Source of the DNA: the human T2T-CHM13v2.0 reference genome, Homo sapiens | Length of the DNA stretch: 64,000 bases | Assembly (NCBI RefSeq): GCF_009914755.1 | Contig: NC_060941.1 | Strand: one strand, 5' to 3' | In this document: piece after piece, positions 42,428-54,626 of the stretch | Layout of the letters: the number at the start of each line of letters is the position of its first letter | Numbering within the stretch: position 1 is the first letter of the stretch | Notes under the pieces: generated by a model | Database searches by the model: none | Told to the model about the DNA's origin: nothing | The model's input: only the letters and a program-made list of their open reading frames with translations | Made by a program: the position numbers and the translations under genes

Positions 42428-42582
42428 CAGATGGTTCTTGACACGCAATGGCATTTCACCCCGATAAATCTGTTGTAAGTACAAAGTATCTTAAGTAGAA
42501 GATGCATTTAATACCTCGATAAACCCATTGTAAAGTCAAAAAAATCATGAAGTTGAACCTTTGTAAGTCAGGGACAGTTATT
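42428..42582. mobile_element. MER47/Tigger5-like MITE nested in L1
   Basis: TA|CAGATGGTTCTTGAC..CCCGATAAA..GTAAGTCAGGGAC; same family as 18082-18220. Confidence 0.7.
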
Positions 42583-43854
42583 ATAGACGTATACCTAAGT
42601 AGTTAATTTTGGGGGTACTAATGTAAATAGTATTGTGTTTTTGGTTTAAAATTCCACTTATTCATTGCTGGTATAAATGAAAGCAGTTGATTTTTATTTA
42701 TTAACCTTGCATCCTGTAAACTTGCTATAATCACTTATCAGTTCCAAGAGTTTGTCGATTCTTTTGGATTCTCTATATAGACAATCACATCATCTGCAAA
42801 CAAAGAGAGTTCTATTTCTTCCTTTCCAATCTGTATACCTCTTATTTCCTTTTCTTGTGTATTGCATTAACTAAGATTTCTTTGATGTTAAAAAGGAGTG
42901 GTGAGAGGGGAATCACAATCAATGCCCTGTTTCTGATCTTAGAGAGAAAGCTTCTACTTTCTCACCATGAAGTTCAATGTTAGCTGTAGGTTTTTTGTAG
43001 ATGTTCTTTATCAAGTTGAGGAAGTTCACCTCTATTCCTAGTTTGCTGAGATTTTTTTTCATGAGTGGCTGCTGAATTTTATCAAATGATTTTTCTGCAT
43101 CTATTAATATGATCATATGATCACACAGATGCGATTGATTACATTTGCTGATTTTCAAATGTTGAGACAGCCCTGCATAACTGGGATACATTCCACTTGG
43201 CTCTGGTATATAATTCTTTTTGTACATTGTTAGATCAGTTTGCTAATATTTTGTTAAAGATTTTTTCATTTATGTTAATGGAATATAATGGTTAATAGAT
43301 TTTTTTTCTTATAATGCTTCTGTCTGGTTTTGGTATCAGGGTAATGCTGACCTCACAGGATGAGTTAGGAATTATTTCCTCTGTTTTTATCTTTTGAAAG
43401 AGATTGTAGAGGATTGGTATAATTTCTTCCTTAAAAGTTTGGCAGAATTTACCATTGAATCCATGTAGGCCTGGTGTATTCTGTTTTGGAAAAGGAGGGT
43501 CATTAATTATTGATTCGATTGCCTTAATAGATATATCCATTCAGATTATCTTTTTCTGCCTGTGCGAGTTTTGGCAGATTGTGTTTTTGGCAGATTGTGT
43601 CTAGGTTATCAAATCTATAAGCATATAATTGATCATAGTATTTATTTATAATACTTACAATACTCGTGGGCTCTTTAGTGATACCTCATTTTTCATTACT
43701 TTTATTAGATATTTATATTCTTTTTCTTTTTTTCTTAGTTTGCATGGCTAAAACCTATCAAATCTATTGATCTTTTCAAAGAACCAGCTTTTGGTTTCAT
43801 TGATTTTCTCTATTGATTTCCTGTTTTCAAGTTCATTGATTTCTGCTCTAATTC

Positions 43855-44002
43855 TTTTAAACTTTTTTTAAATTATTTTTATTTTTATTTTTAAAGACAG
43901 GGTCTCACTATGTTGCTCAGGCTGGATTCAAACTCCTAGGCACAAGGAATCCCTCAGCATCCCAAGTAGCTAGGATTACAGGTACATGACACTGCCTTTG
44001 GC
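43855..44002 (-). mobile_element. FLAM-type Alu monomer inserted in L1
   Basis: T-rich tail plus a single reverse monomer; TSD-like TCTGCTCTAATT / TCTGCCCTATTT. Confidence 0.85.
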
Positions 44003-46825
44003 TCTGCCCTATTTTTATTATTTCCTTTCTTCTGCTACTTTGGATTTAATTTGCTCTTCTTTTTCTTGTTTCCCAAATGAAAGCTTAGGCTATTGATTTT
44101 AGATATTTCTTCTTGTCTCATAAATGCATTCTATGTTATAAATTTCTCTTTAATCACTGCTTTCTCCCTATCACATAAATTTTGGTAAGTTCTGGTTTCA
44201 TTTAGTCCAAAATATTTTTAAATTTATATTGAGATTTCTTCTTTGACCCGTGTGATTTTTAAAGTGTGTTATATAATCCCAAAGTATTTGGGGATTTCCA
44301 CCTATCTTTCTGTTGATTTCTAGTTTAGTTCCATTGTGGTCTGAGATCAGATATTGTATGATTTCTACTCTTTTAAATTTGTTAAGATACGTTTTATGGC
44401 CCAGAATGTAGTCTATCTAGGGGAATGGTCCATGTGAGGTTGCAAAGAATGTGTATGCCGCTGCTGTTGGATGAAGTAGTCCAAGATATCCATTATTTCC
44501 AGTTGATTGATGGTGTTGTTGAATTCAACTATGTCCTTACTGATTTTTCTGCCTGCTGGATCTGTCCATTTATGATAGTGGGTATTAAAGTCTACAACTA
44601 TAATAGTAGATTCATCTATTTCTCCTTGAAGTTCTATCAGTTTTTGCCTCACATAGTTTTTGTTTGTTCGTTTTTGGTTTTTTTGCCTCACGTATTTTGA
44701 TGTTCTGTTAGGTACGTATACACCTGTTAAGGATTGATATGTCTTCCTGGATAATTAAACCCTTTATCATTATGTAATGGCTACCATATCCCTGATAATT
44801 TTTTGTCCTAAAGTCCACTGTATCTGAATTTAATATAACTACTAATTCTTTCTTCTGCTTAGTGTTAGTATGGTATATATTTTTTTTGATCCATTTACTT
44901 TAAACCTATATATGTCTTATATTTAAAGCAGGTTTCTTGGAGACAATATATAGTTGGGTCTTATTTTTTGATCCACTCTGACAATCTCTGCCTTTTAATT
45001 GGTATGTTTAGGCCATTGACATCCAAAGTGATTACTTGATATAGTTAGATCATAGCTACCATATTTGCTACTACTTTCTATTCATTGTCCTGGTTCAGTT
45101 TTCCTATTTTTGTCTTACACTGTTTTTCCTGCATTTTGTGGGTTTTAATTGAGCATATTCCATTTTCTCTCCATGCTTCTTTTTTAAAACATATTTTTTA
45201 CTGGTTGCCCTAGAGTTTATAATATATATTTATAAATAATCCAATTCCACTTTCAAATAACACTATATCATCTCATGGATAGTGGGAGTACCTTATATGA
45301 ATGAAATAATCCTAATTTACTCCTTGTTATTTTTTGTATTACTGCTGTCATTCATTTCACATATATGTAAGCTTATGTAAGTATATATGTCTGTATAAAT
45401 ATATATGAATATTGTTGCTGTTAATATTTTGAATAAACTGCTGTTAGGTCAATTATGAAGAAAAATAAAAGTTTTAATTTTATCTTCACTTATTCATTCT
45501 CTGATGCTCTATGTAGATCAAAGTTTCTTACCTATATCATTTTCATTTTATCTAAAAACTTCTTTTTAACATTTCTTGTGAGGCAGGTCTACTGGCAACA
45601 AACTCCCCCAATTTTTGTTTGTCTGAGAAAGTATTTCTCCTCCATTTTTGAAGAATAATTTTTCGAGGTACAGAATTCTAGATTCGTAGAGGTGTTTTCT
45701 CTCAACACTTGAGATTGTTCACTTCTCTCTCTTCACGCTTGCATGATTTCTTAGAAAACTGATGTAATTCTCACCTCTCCTTTTTATACGTAAGGTGTTT
45801 TTCTTTTCCCTCTGGCAGATTTCAATACTTTTTAAACATTTTTTATTTTCTGCATTTTGAATATGGTATGCCTAGGTGTGTAGCATGTTTTTTCTTTCAT
45901 TTATGCTGATTGGTGTTTTCTGAGCTTACAGATCTGTGGTTTGGTGTCTGACATTAATTTGGGGAAATTTTCAGTCTTTATTTCATTAAATATTTCTTCT
46001 GTTCCTTTCTCTCTTTCTTCCCCTTCCTTTATTCCCATATGTGTACATTACACCTTTTGTAGATGTCTCAACTACAAAAGATATTTTATTGTTTTTTTTC
46101 AGTCTTTTTTTTTCTCTTTGTTTTACAACTTTGGAAGTTTCTACTGAGATATCCTCAAGCTCAGATATTCTTTCTTCAGCTGTGTCCAGTCTACTGATGA
46201 GTCTATCACAGTCTTCATTTCTGTTAGGGTTTTTGATCTCTAGCATTTCTTTTTCATTCTTTCTTAGAATTTCCATCTCTCTGCTTACACTGCCCATCTC
46301 TTCTTGCATGCCATCTACTTTATCCATTAAAACCCTTAGCACATTAATCGTAGCTGTTTTAAATTCCTGGTCTGATAATTTTAAGATCTCTGTCATATAT
46401 GAGTCTGGTTCTGATGCTTGCTCTGTCTCTTCAAGCTGTGTTTTTTGCCTTTTTTGTATGCCTTGTAATTTTTTTTTCCTTATAGCTGGACATGATGTAT
46501 TGGGTATATGGAACTGCAGTGAAAAAGGCTTTAATCATGTGGTGGTAACGTGTTAGGGAAGAGGAAGTATTCTACAGTCCTATAACTAGGTCAGTCTTTT
46601 AGTAAGCCTGTGCCTCTGGGCTGTAAATGTCACGGTGCTTCTCAGTTTCTCCCCCTCCTAGCTCAACCAGGATGGTTCAAGAATGGAGGGATCTGGACTT
46701 GTGTATTTTCCATCCCCCATATAGAAGGCTAGAGTTGGCTGTAGGTGGTTATCTCCCTTCCCCCAGATTGGTTAGGCTCTGAAAAATCCCCAATAATTTA
46801 GGTGCTTGTAAAACCATTTTTCTTG

Positions 46826-47957
46826 GTATTTTGTTGCTGTTGGATACAAAGTTATATATAGCCCATTTTGTCTAAAGCACAATTCAATGTCAGTATTTCC
46901 CTTTTAATTTTCTGTCTCATTATCGGTCTGTTGTTGATGGGGGATATTGAAGTCCCCACTATTACTGTATTGCTATCTATTTCTCCCTTCATGTCCATTA
47001 ATATTTGCTTTATATATTTAGGTGCTCTAATGTCTAATGTCTAATGTGCTCTAATGTCTAATATATATTTACACTTGTTATATCCTCTTGATGAATGTCC
47101 TCTTTATCATTAGTGACTTTTTTTGTCTCTTATGAAAGTTTTTGACTTGATGTCTATTTTAAATCTAAATATGGCCACTTCTGTTCTCTTTTTTTTTTTA
47201 CCATTTGTGTGCAATAGCTTCTTCCATCCCTTCACTTTCAGCCTATGTATATCCTTAAGGCTAATGTGGGTCTCTCATAGGAAGCATATAATTGGATCTT
47301 GATTTTTTATTCATTAAACTACTCTGTGTCTTTGGATTGGAAAATTTAATCCATTTGTAATTATTGACATTTAAGGACTTACTACTGCTATGCTGTTTAT
47401 TGTCTCCTGGTTGTTTTGTATATCCTTTGTTCCTTTTTTCCTTTCTGATTTGCCTTCATGATTTGGTGATCTTCTATAGTGTTAGGTGTTTATTCTTTTT
47501 TCTTTATTTTTTTGTGTATCTGCTATAGTGTTTTGCTTTGTGGTTACCACAAGGCTTACGTAAAATGTCTTATAGTTATATAATAATTGACTATTTTACA
47601 CTAACAACTTAATTTTTTCCACATACAAAAACTCTAAACATTTATCCTCCACCCTGCTTGATCTAGTCTGCTGTTGAAGCTCTCTATTGCATTTTTAAAT
47701 TTCATTCATTGAATTCTTCAGGTCCAAGATTTCTGTTCGGTTCTTCGTTATGATACCTATCTCTGTTGAATTTCTCATTCAGATCATAAACTGATTGATA
47801 TCATCAAATTATCTCTCTATATTCTCTTGTAATTTTTTTGAGTTTCCTTTTCTTATTTTGAATTGCTTTACAAACAATTCATACATTTTCTTTTCTTTGG
47901 GGTCAGTTACTAAAGAATTATTGTGTTCTTTGGTAGTGTCATATTTCTTTCCTTTTT
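46826..47957 (-). repeat. Left arm of a 1.13-kb inverted repeat (derived copy of 48540-49678)
   Basis: Reverse complement of 48540-49678 with 8 substitutions and 3 small indel sites by hand alignment. Flanked by 32-bp direct repeats at 46797-46828 and 47956-47987. Confidence 0.96.
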
Positions 47958-48539
47958 TAGGTGCTTGTAAAACAGTTTTTCTTGGTAGGCTCTGTTAAGT
48001 GCAACAAAGTGCTCTGGTGTATTTCACAATGGTCACTTTTCTCCTTCCCCTGCCAGAAGCACAAATGATTTTTTTCTACAATATTCATGACGAGAACCTG
48101 GTCAAGCTCCTGGGGGCAAAACTCACAAAAGCCCAACACTGCTATGGCTGCTTGCAAGCCATGTTAGACCCAATACCAAGAGAGTTTCCCTCAGCTAAGA
48201 CTCTCCATTGTGGGGAACATTTAAACAGAAGGACCCCAAGAGCCTGTGCTACTGTGAACTCTCACAATATGTTGCTGCCACTGCTTCCCTAAACTCTTAT
48301 AGCCTATGGCACTGAGGTACCCACAGTCATCTGTGATACTGATCACAGCTGAAGAAGCTGCATGGAGGCTTGACCACTGCATCTATCCAGAAGCAGGGCC
48401 AGCACACCCTTTTCAACCAGCACATTAAGGTCTATCTGCAGATGAAAATATTTTCCTATGAAAGTAACTCTGTAAAGTTTGGAAGTGGTGACTGTTTCAT
48501 CAGATGTGAAGACACCAATTCAGAAACACAAGAAACATG

Positions 48540-49678
48540 AAAAAGGAAGGAAATATGACACCACCAAAGAACACAATAATTCTTTAGTAACTGACCCCAA
48601 AGAAAAGAAAATGTATGAATTGTTTGTAAAGCAATTCAAAATAAGAAAAGGAAACTCAAAAAAATTACAAGAGAATATAGAGAGACAATTTGATGATATC
48701 AATCAGTTTATGATCTGAATGAGAAATTCAACAGAGATAGGTATCATAACGAAGAACCGAACAGAAATCTTGGACCTGAAGAATTCAATGAATGAAATTT
48801 AAAAATGCAATAGAGAGCTTCAACAGCAGACTAGATCAAGCAGGGTGGAGGATAAATGTTTAGAGTTTTTGTATGTGGAAAAAATTAAGTTGTTATCAGT
48901 GTAAAATAGTCAATTATTATATAACTATAAGACATTTTACGTAAGCCTTGTGGTAACCACAAAGCAAAACACTATAGCAGATACACAAAAAAATAAAGAA
49001 AAAAGAATAAACACCTAACACTATAGAAGATCACCAAATCATGAAGGCAAATCAGAAAGGAAAAAAGGAACAAAGGATATACAAAACAACCAGGAGACAA
49101 TAAACAGCATAGCAGTAGTAAGTCCTTAAATGTCAATAATTACAAATGGATTAAATTTTCCAATCCAAAGACACAGAGTAGTTCAATGAACAAAAAATCA
49201 AGATCCAATTATATGCTTCCTATGAGAGACCCACATTAGCCTTAAGGATATACATAGGCTGAAAGTGAAGGGATGGAAGAAGCTATTGCACGCAAATGGT
49301 AAAAAAAAAAAAAAGAGAGAACAGAAGTGGCTATATTTAGATTTAAAATAGACATCAAGTCAAAAACTTTCATAAGAGACAAAAAAGTCACTAATGATAA
49401 AGAGGACATTCATCAAGAGGATATAACAAGTGTAAATATATATTAGACATTAGAGCACATTAGACATTAGACATTAGAGCACCTAAATATATAAAGCAAA
49501 TATTAATGGACATGAAGGGAGAAATAGATAGCAATACAGTAATAGTGGGGACTTCAATATCCCCCATCAACAACAGACCGATAATGAGACAGAAAATTAA
49601 AAGGGAAATACTGACATTGAATTGTGCTTTAGACAAAATGGGCTATATATAACTTTCTATCCAACAGCAACAAAATAC
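48540..49678 (+). repeat. Right arm (source) of the 1.13-kb inverted repeat
   Basis: Continuous with the surrounding plus-strand L1 on both sides. Confidence 0.96.
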
Positions 49679-50603
49679 ACATTCTCCTTTAGTGCACATG
49701 GAACATTCTCCAGTACAGACTACATGGTGGGCCATAAAACAAGTCTTAAATTTAAGAAGATCAAAATCATGTCAAGTATTATTTCTGGCCACAATGGTAT
49801 AAAATTAGAAATCAATAACAGAATTAACTTTGGAAAATTCACAAATATGTGGAAATTAAACAACTGGCTCTAAATAATCAATGGATCAAAGAAGAAATCA
49901 AAAGAAAAATTGAAAACGATCTTGAGACAAATGATAATGAAAACACAACATACCAAAACCTATGGGATGCCCAAAAGCATAAACGTCCCATAAGAGGAAA
50001 GTTTATAGCAACAAATGTCTACATTTAAAAAGAAGATCCCAAATAGCCTAACATTAAGCCTCACAGAATTAGAAAATGAACAAATTAAACCCAAAGTTAG
50101 CAGAAGGAAGGAAATTAATAAATATCAGAAAAGAAATAAATAGAGAATAGAAAAACCACAGGAAAAAAACAATAAAACTAAGAGTTGGTTTTTGAAAAAA
50201 TGAACAAAATTGATAAACTCTTAGTTATACCAGCTTAAAAAAAGAAAGAGAAGATTCAAATATATAAACTCAGATATGAAAGTGGAGACATTACAAAAGA
50301 TGTTCTCAGAAACAAAATAGATCATAAGGAACTATTATTAACAATTATATGTCAACATAGTTGATCATCTAGGGTAAACAGATTAATTCCTAGGAAAATA
50401 TAACTGAAGAAGGTTGAATAAAAAAGAAATAGCTTGAACAGGCCAATAAAAAATGAAGAGATTGAAGTAGTAATTTAAAATCTCCCCAAGAAAGAAAAGC
50501 CCAAAACCAGATGTCTTCATGGCTGAATTCTACCAAACTTTCAAAAAAGAATTAATACCAACACTTCTTAAATACTTCCAAAATAAAAAAGAGCTGGATA
50601 ATA

Positions 50604-51044
50604 CAGCTGACCCTTGAACAACATGGAGGTTAGTGGTGCTGACCACCCCCCAAATGCAGTCAAAAATCTGCATGTAACATTTGACTACCCCAAAACTTAA
50701 CTACTAATAGCCAACTGTTGACTGGAAGCCTTACTGATAACATGAACAATCAATTAACACATATTTTATATATTACATTTATCCTACACTTTATTTTTAC
50801 AGTAAAGTAAGCTAGAGAAAACAAAATGTTATAAAAATAATAAAGAAGAGAAAATATATTTAATATTCATTAAGTGGGAAGTGGATCATCCTAAAGGTCT
50901 TCATCCGTGACATCTTGATGTTGAGTAGGCTGAGAAGAAGGAAAAGGAGTTGGTCTTGCTGTCTCAGGGGTGGCAGAGGCAGAAGAAAATCTGCAGATAA
51001 GTAGACCCATGCAGTTCAAACCTGTGTCGTTCAAGGGTCAACAC
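50604..51044. mobile_element. Tigger2a (MER28) MITE nested in L1 ORF2
   Basis: TA|CAGCTGACCCTTGAACAAC ... GTTCAAGGGTCAAC..|TA, about 440 bp. Confidence 0.88.
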
Positions 51045-53475
51045 TACTTCCTAACACATTTTATGAGGCAGCATTACCTTGATACCTAAGCCAGACAAAG
51101 CAACATAGGAAAACTATAGGCCAATCTCTCTGAAGAACATTGATGCAAAACTCTTCAATAAAATATTATCAAACCAAATTCAACAACACATCAATACATC
51201 ATGATTAAGTGGGTTTTACCCCTGACATGCAAGGCTGGTTTAATATACACAAATCAATCAGTGTGATCATTAACAAACCACATGATCATATCAGTTGACA
51301 AAAAAGCATTCAATACAGCTCAATGTCTGATTTGATAAAAACTTTTAACAGTTTAGATACAGATGGAAAGTTCTTCAACATAATAAAGCCTATTTGAGTA
51401 AAACCCACAGCTAACATCATAATCAACGGGGAGAAACTGAAAGCTTTTTCTCTAAGATCTGGTATAAGGTAAGGATGCCAACTCTTAGCACTTCTACTGA
51501 GCAGAGTACTGGAGGTGCTATCAAGAACCATTAGACAGTAAGAAGAAATAACAGGTATTCAAGCTGGATAAAAAAGAAGTAAAATTATGTCTATTTGCAG
51601 ATGACATGATCGTGTATGTGAAAAATCCCAAAGATTGCACACAAAAAACTATTAGATCTAATAAATTAACTCCATAAAGTTGCAAGATATAAAATCAATA
51701 TATAAAAATCTGACATTTCTATACACAACAATGTAGCCAAAAAGGAAATTGAGAAAACAATCTCATTTACAATCACATCAAAAAAATAAAATAGGAATAA
51801 ATTTAACCAAGGAGAGACCTGTACACTGAAAACTATAAAACATTAATAAAAGAAATTGAAGAGGACACAAAGAAATAAGATATTCCATGCTCTTGGATTG
51901 GCAGAATTAATATTTTTTAAATGTCCATACTACTCCCAAAGGAATATATAGATGCAATGCAAACCCTATCAAAATTTCAATGACAGTCTTCACAGAAATA
52001 GAAAAAAAACCTAAAATTCATAAGGACCCACAAAAGACCCCAAATAGCCAATGCAATTCTGAGAAAAATAAAGTTGGAGGCATCACAAATCCTGATTTAA
52101 AATTGTATTACAAAGCTGTGGCAACCAAAATTGTATGGTACTGATATAGAAACAGATGCCTAGACTAATAGAACAGTATAGAGAGCCCAGAAATAAATCC
52201 AAACATATATGGCCAACTAATTTTCAGCAAGGGCAACAAGAAAACACAGTGAGGAAAAGATAGTTTCTTCGATAAATAGTGCTGGGAAAACTGTATTTCT
52301 ACATGTAAAAGAATAAAATTGGACCCTTGTCTTATGCCATACATAAAAATCAACTGTCTCTCCAAATTTGGGAGCAGCAGTTTGCCCTGTGAGTTTACTT
52401 CTCTGATAAATATAAAAAATGCTGATCAGTTTTTTTCCTGCTTTTTACTTGTTGTTAGGATGAATGGCAACTTCCAAGCACCTTACATGCCAGGGCAGAA
52501 ACTGGAAATTAAGCTAAAAATAACATTTTAAATATCCAAATGGTTCCCAGAGAGACAAGGAGTAAGTTTACTGAATAATCTCAGTTATCTCTGAGATAGT
52601 ATCACATCATCTAACATATGTGTAGTTGTATCCCAGAAAGAGAAAGAGGTTTGGAAAAATATTTGCAGATGGAATGGCTGAAAATTTTCCAAAATGAAAA
52701 AAAAAACCTCTAAGACCACAAGTCCAAAAGATCATCAAACAAACAAACAAACAAAAGATGAGATAAATACAGAGAAAACTATATCAAGGCATAACATAAT
52801 AAAATTGCAAAGAAAAGAAATAAATATAAAATCTTATAAGCAGCCAGAGAAAACAGATACATTAAAAAGACAGGAATCAATGAAGATTTCTCATCTGAAA
52901 AGTCAGCGAACAATACAATGAATCTTTAAAGTGCTGAAATTAAAAAAAAAATCTGTTAATCTAGAAATGCACATCCAGTGAAACTATCCTTCCAAACTGA
53001 AAGTGAAAAGCACACATATTCAAAGAAAAATTGGAGAGAATTTGTCACCAGTAGATGTGCACTACAAAAAAGGTTGAAATAAGTCGTTCAGGCAGATGGA
53101 CCTGATACTAAATGGAAACCTGGATGAAACCAAGGGAACAAATAGTACTGGACATAAAAAAAGTGTGTAAATATAAATTACTTTTTCTTCTCACGTTAAA
53201 ATTTCTTTAAAAGACAATTGAATATTTAAAGCAATAATAACAAATTGCGAGGTTTATAATACTTGCAGAAACATAGAATATGAATGTGGAAATGGAAGTA
53301 TACTGTTAAGAAACTTACATTTTATATGATCTGGTACAACAGTAGGTGAAGACAGACTGTAATTAAGATGTATATAATAAAACCTAGATCAACAACTATA
53401 AAAACCAACAGTGAAGAGGTATAGCTAATAAGCTAATAGTAGAAATAAAATAAAATGTTAAGAAATAATTAATTC

Positions 53476-53538
53476 AGCCACTGCACTCCAGCCTGGGCAA
53501 CAGAGCAAGACTCCGTCTTAAAAAAAAAAAAAAAAAAA
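53476..53538 (+). mobile_element. Severely 5'-truncated Alu (3' end plus poly-A)
   Basis: GCCACTGCACTCCAGCCTGGGCAACAGAGCAAGACTCC plus A tail; TSD AAGAAATAATT. Confidence 0.88.
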
Positions 53539-54326
53539 GAAATAATTCAATAAAAGGTAGGAAAAGAGGAGAAAGAAACAAATATAAAAGAAATAGCAAA
53601 ATGGTAGATTAAAACCTAACAATATCAATAACTATGTTAAATATAAGTAGCCTAAAAATTCCAACTAATCGGCAAAGCTTATCACTGTGTTTTTTAAAAA
53701 AAGTTTAACTACATGGTGCTTTCACGATAAATGCTTAAAAATCTTTTAAAAAAGGTTAAGATTAAAAGGATGACAAAAGATGTACCATGCAAACAGTAAT
53801 CATAAGAAAAGTGGAGTCAACATATGAATATCAAACAAAGTGGATTCCAGAACAAAGAAGCTGCTCTGTATCTCTGTAGAGATACAGAGGGGCATTTCAC
53901 AATGATAAAAATTGAATTCATGAAAATGATCTAACAATCCTAAATATGTATGTACCTAATTTTAAGGGCTTCAAAATACATGAAACAAAACCTGACAGAA
54001 ATGAAAGGATAAATAGGCAAATTCACAAATGACAACTGAAGATAATTCAAAACTCCTTTCACAGGAATTGATAGGACAAGTAGACCGTATTAGTGAGGAT
54101 ATAGATAATTCAAAAACTGCTATCAACCTACTTGACCATTAATCAAGATAGACCATATTCTGGGCCATAAAATAAATTTCAGTAAATTAAAAAGGATTGA
54201 TCTCATACAGAGTAAATGCTCTGACCATAAAGAAATTAAATTAGAAATCCATAACAGAAATTTATCTTAATTTTTGTAAAGTAAAAGATAGACATATACT
54301 AATATTAGAGTCAAAGAAAGAATCAT

Positions 54327-54626
54327 GGCTAGGCATGGTAGCTCATGTCTATAATCCCAGTGCTTTGGGAGGCCAAGGCAGGAGAATTGCTTGAGGCCAG
54401 AAGTTCAAGATGAGCCTGGGCAACATAGTGAGACCCCATGTCTAAGAAAAAAAATAATTTAAAAATTAGCCAGGTGTGGTGGTACATGCCTGTATTCCTA
54501 GCTACTTGGGAGTTGGGAGGTGGGAGGGTTGCTTGAGCCCAGGAGTTTGAGTTTATAGTGAGCTGTGATAGTGGCACTGCTCTCCAGCCTGGGCAACACA
54601 GCAAGACCCTGTCCCTGAAAAAAAAA
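54327..54626 (+). mobile_element. Full-length AluJ
   Basis: J-type diagnostics TTGAGGCCAG, CAACATAGTGAGACCCC and TTGAGCCCAGGAG. Confidence 0.92.

Larger units (their letters stand above)
42345..48131 (-). mobile_element. Old L1M (L1MC/MD-like) covering 5' UTR, ORF1, EN and part of RT; its 5' end resumes at about 52354-52510
   Basis: Minus-strand ORF fragments: 45986-46396 (ORF1 coiled coil), 44413-44691 (EN), 43292-43540 and 42919-43227 (IDAEKSFDKIQ, RT region). Interrupted by a MER47, a FLAM, the inverted duplication and a second L1. Confidence 0.85.
48132..52353 (+). mobile_element. Old L1 (L1M1/L1MA/PB-like): partial 5' UTR, ORF1 with internal deletion, ORF2; no 3' UTR or poly-A
   Basis: ORF1 start about 48480-48843 is fused to the inter-ORF region. 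ORF2 remnants include HNGIKLEINNR..GKFTNMWKLNN and TTTGCAGATGACATG (FADD) at about 51594. Ends abruptly at AAAATCAACT. Confidence 0.88.

Noticed and set aside
46041-46556. Longest ORF in the window (171 aa, + strand)
   Set aside because: Antisense shadow of the L1 ORF1 coiled-coil region (Ser/Phe/Leu-rich); no evidence it is a gene.
46826-49678. Twin-priming 5' inversion of a single L1 insertion
   Set aside because: Twin priming inverts non-overlapping parts of the L1. Here the same 1.13 kb is present twice, shares post-insertion lesions, and is separated by host L1 sequence.
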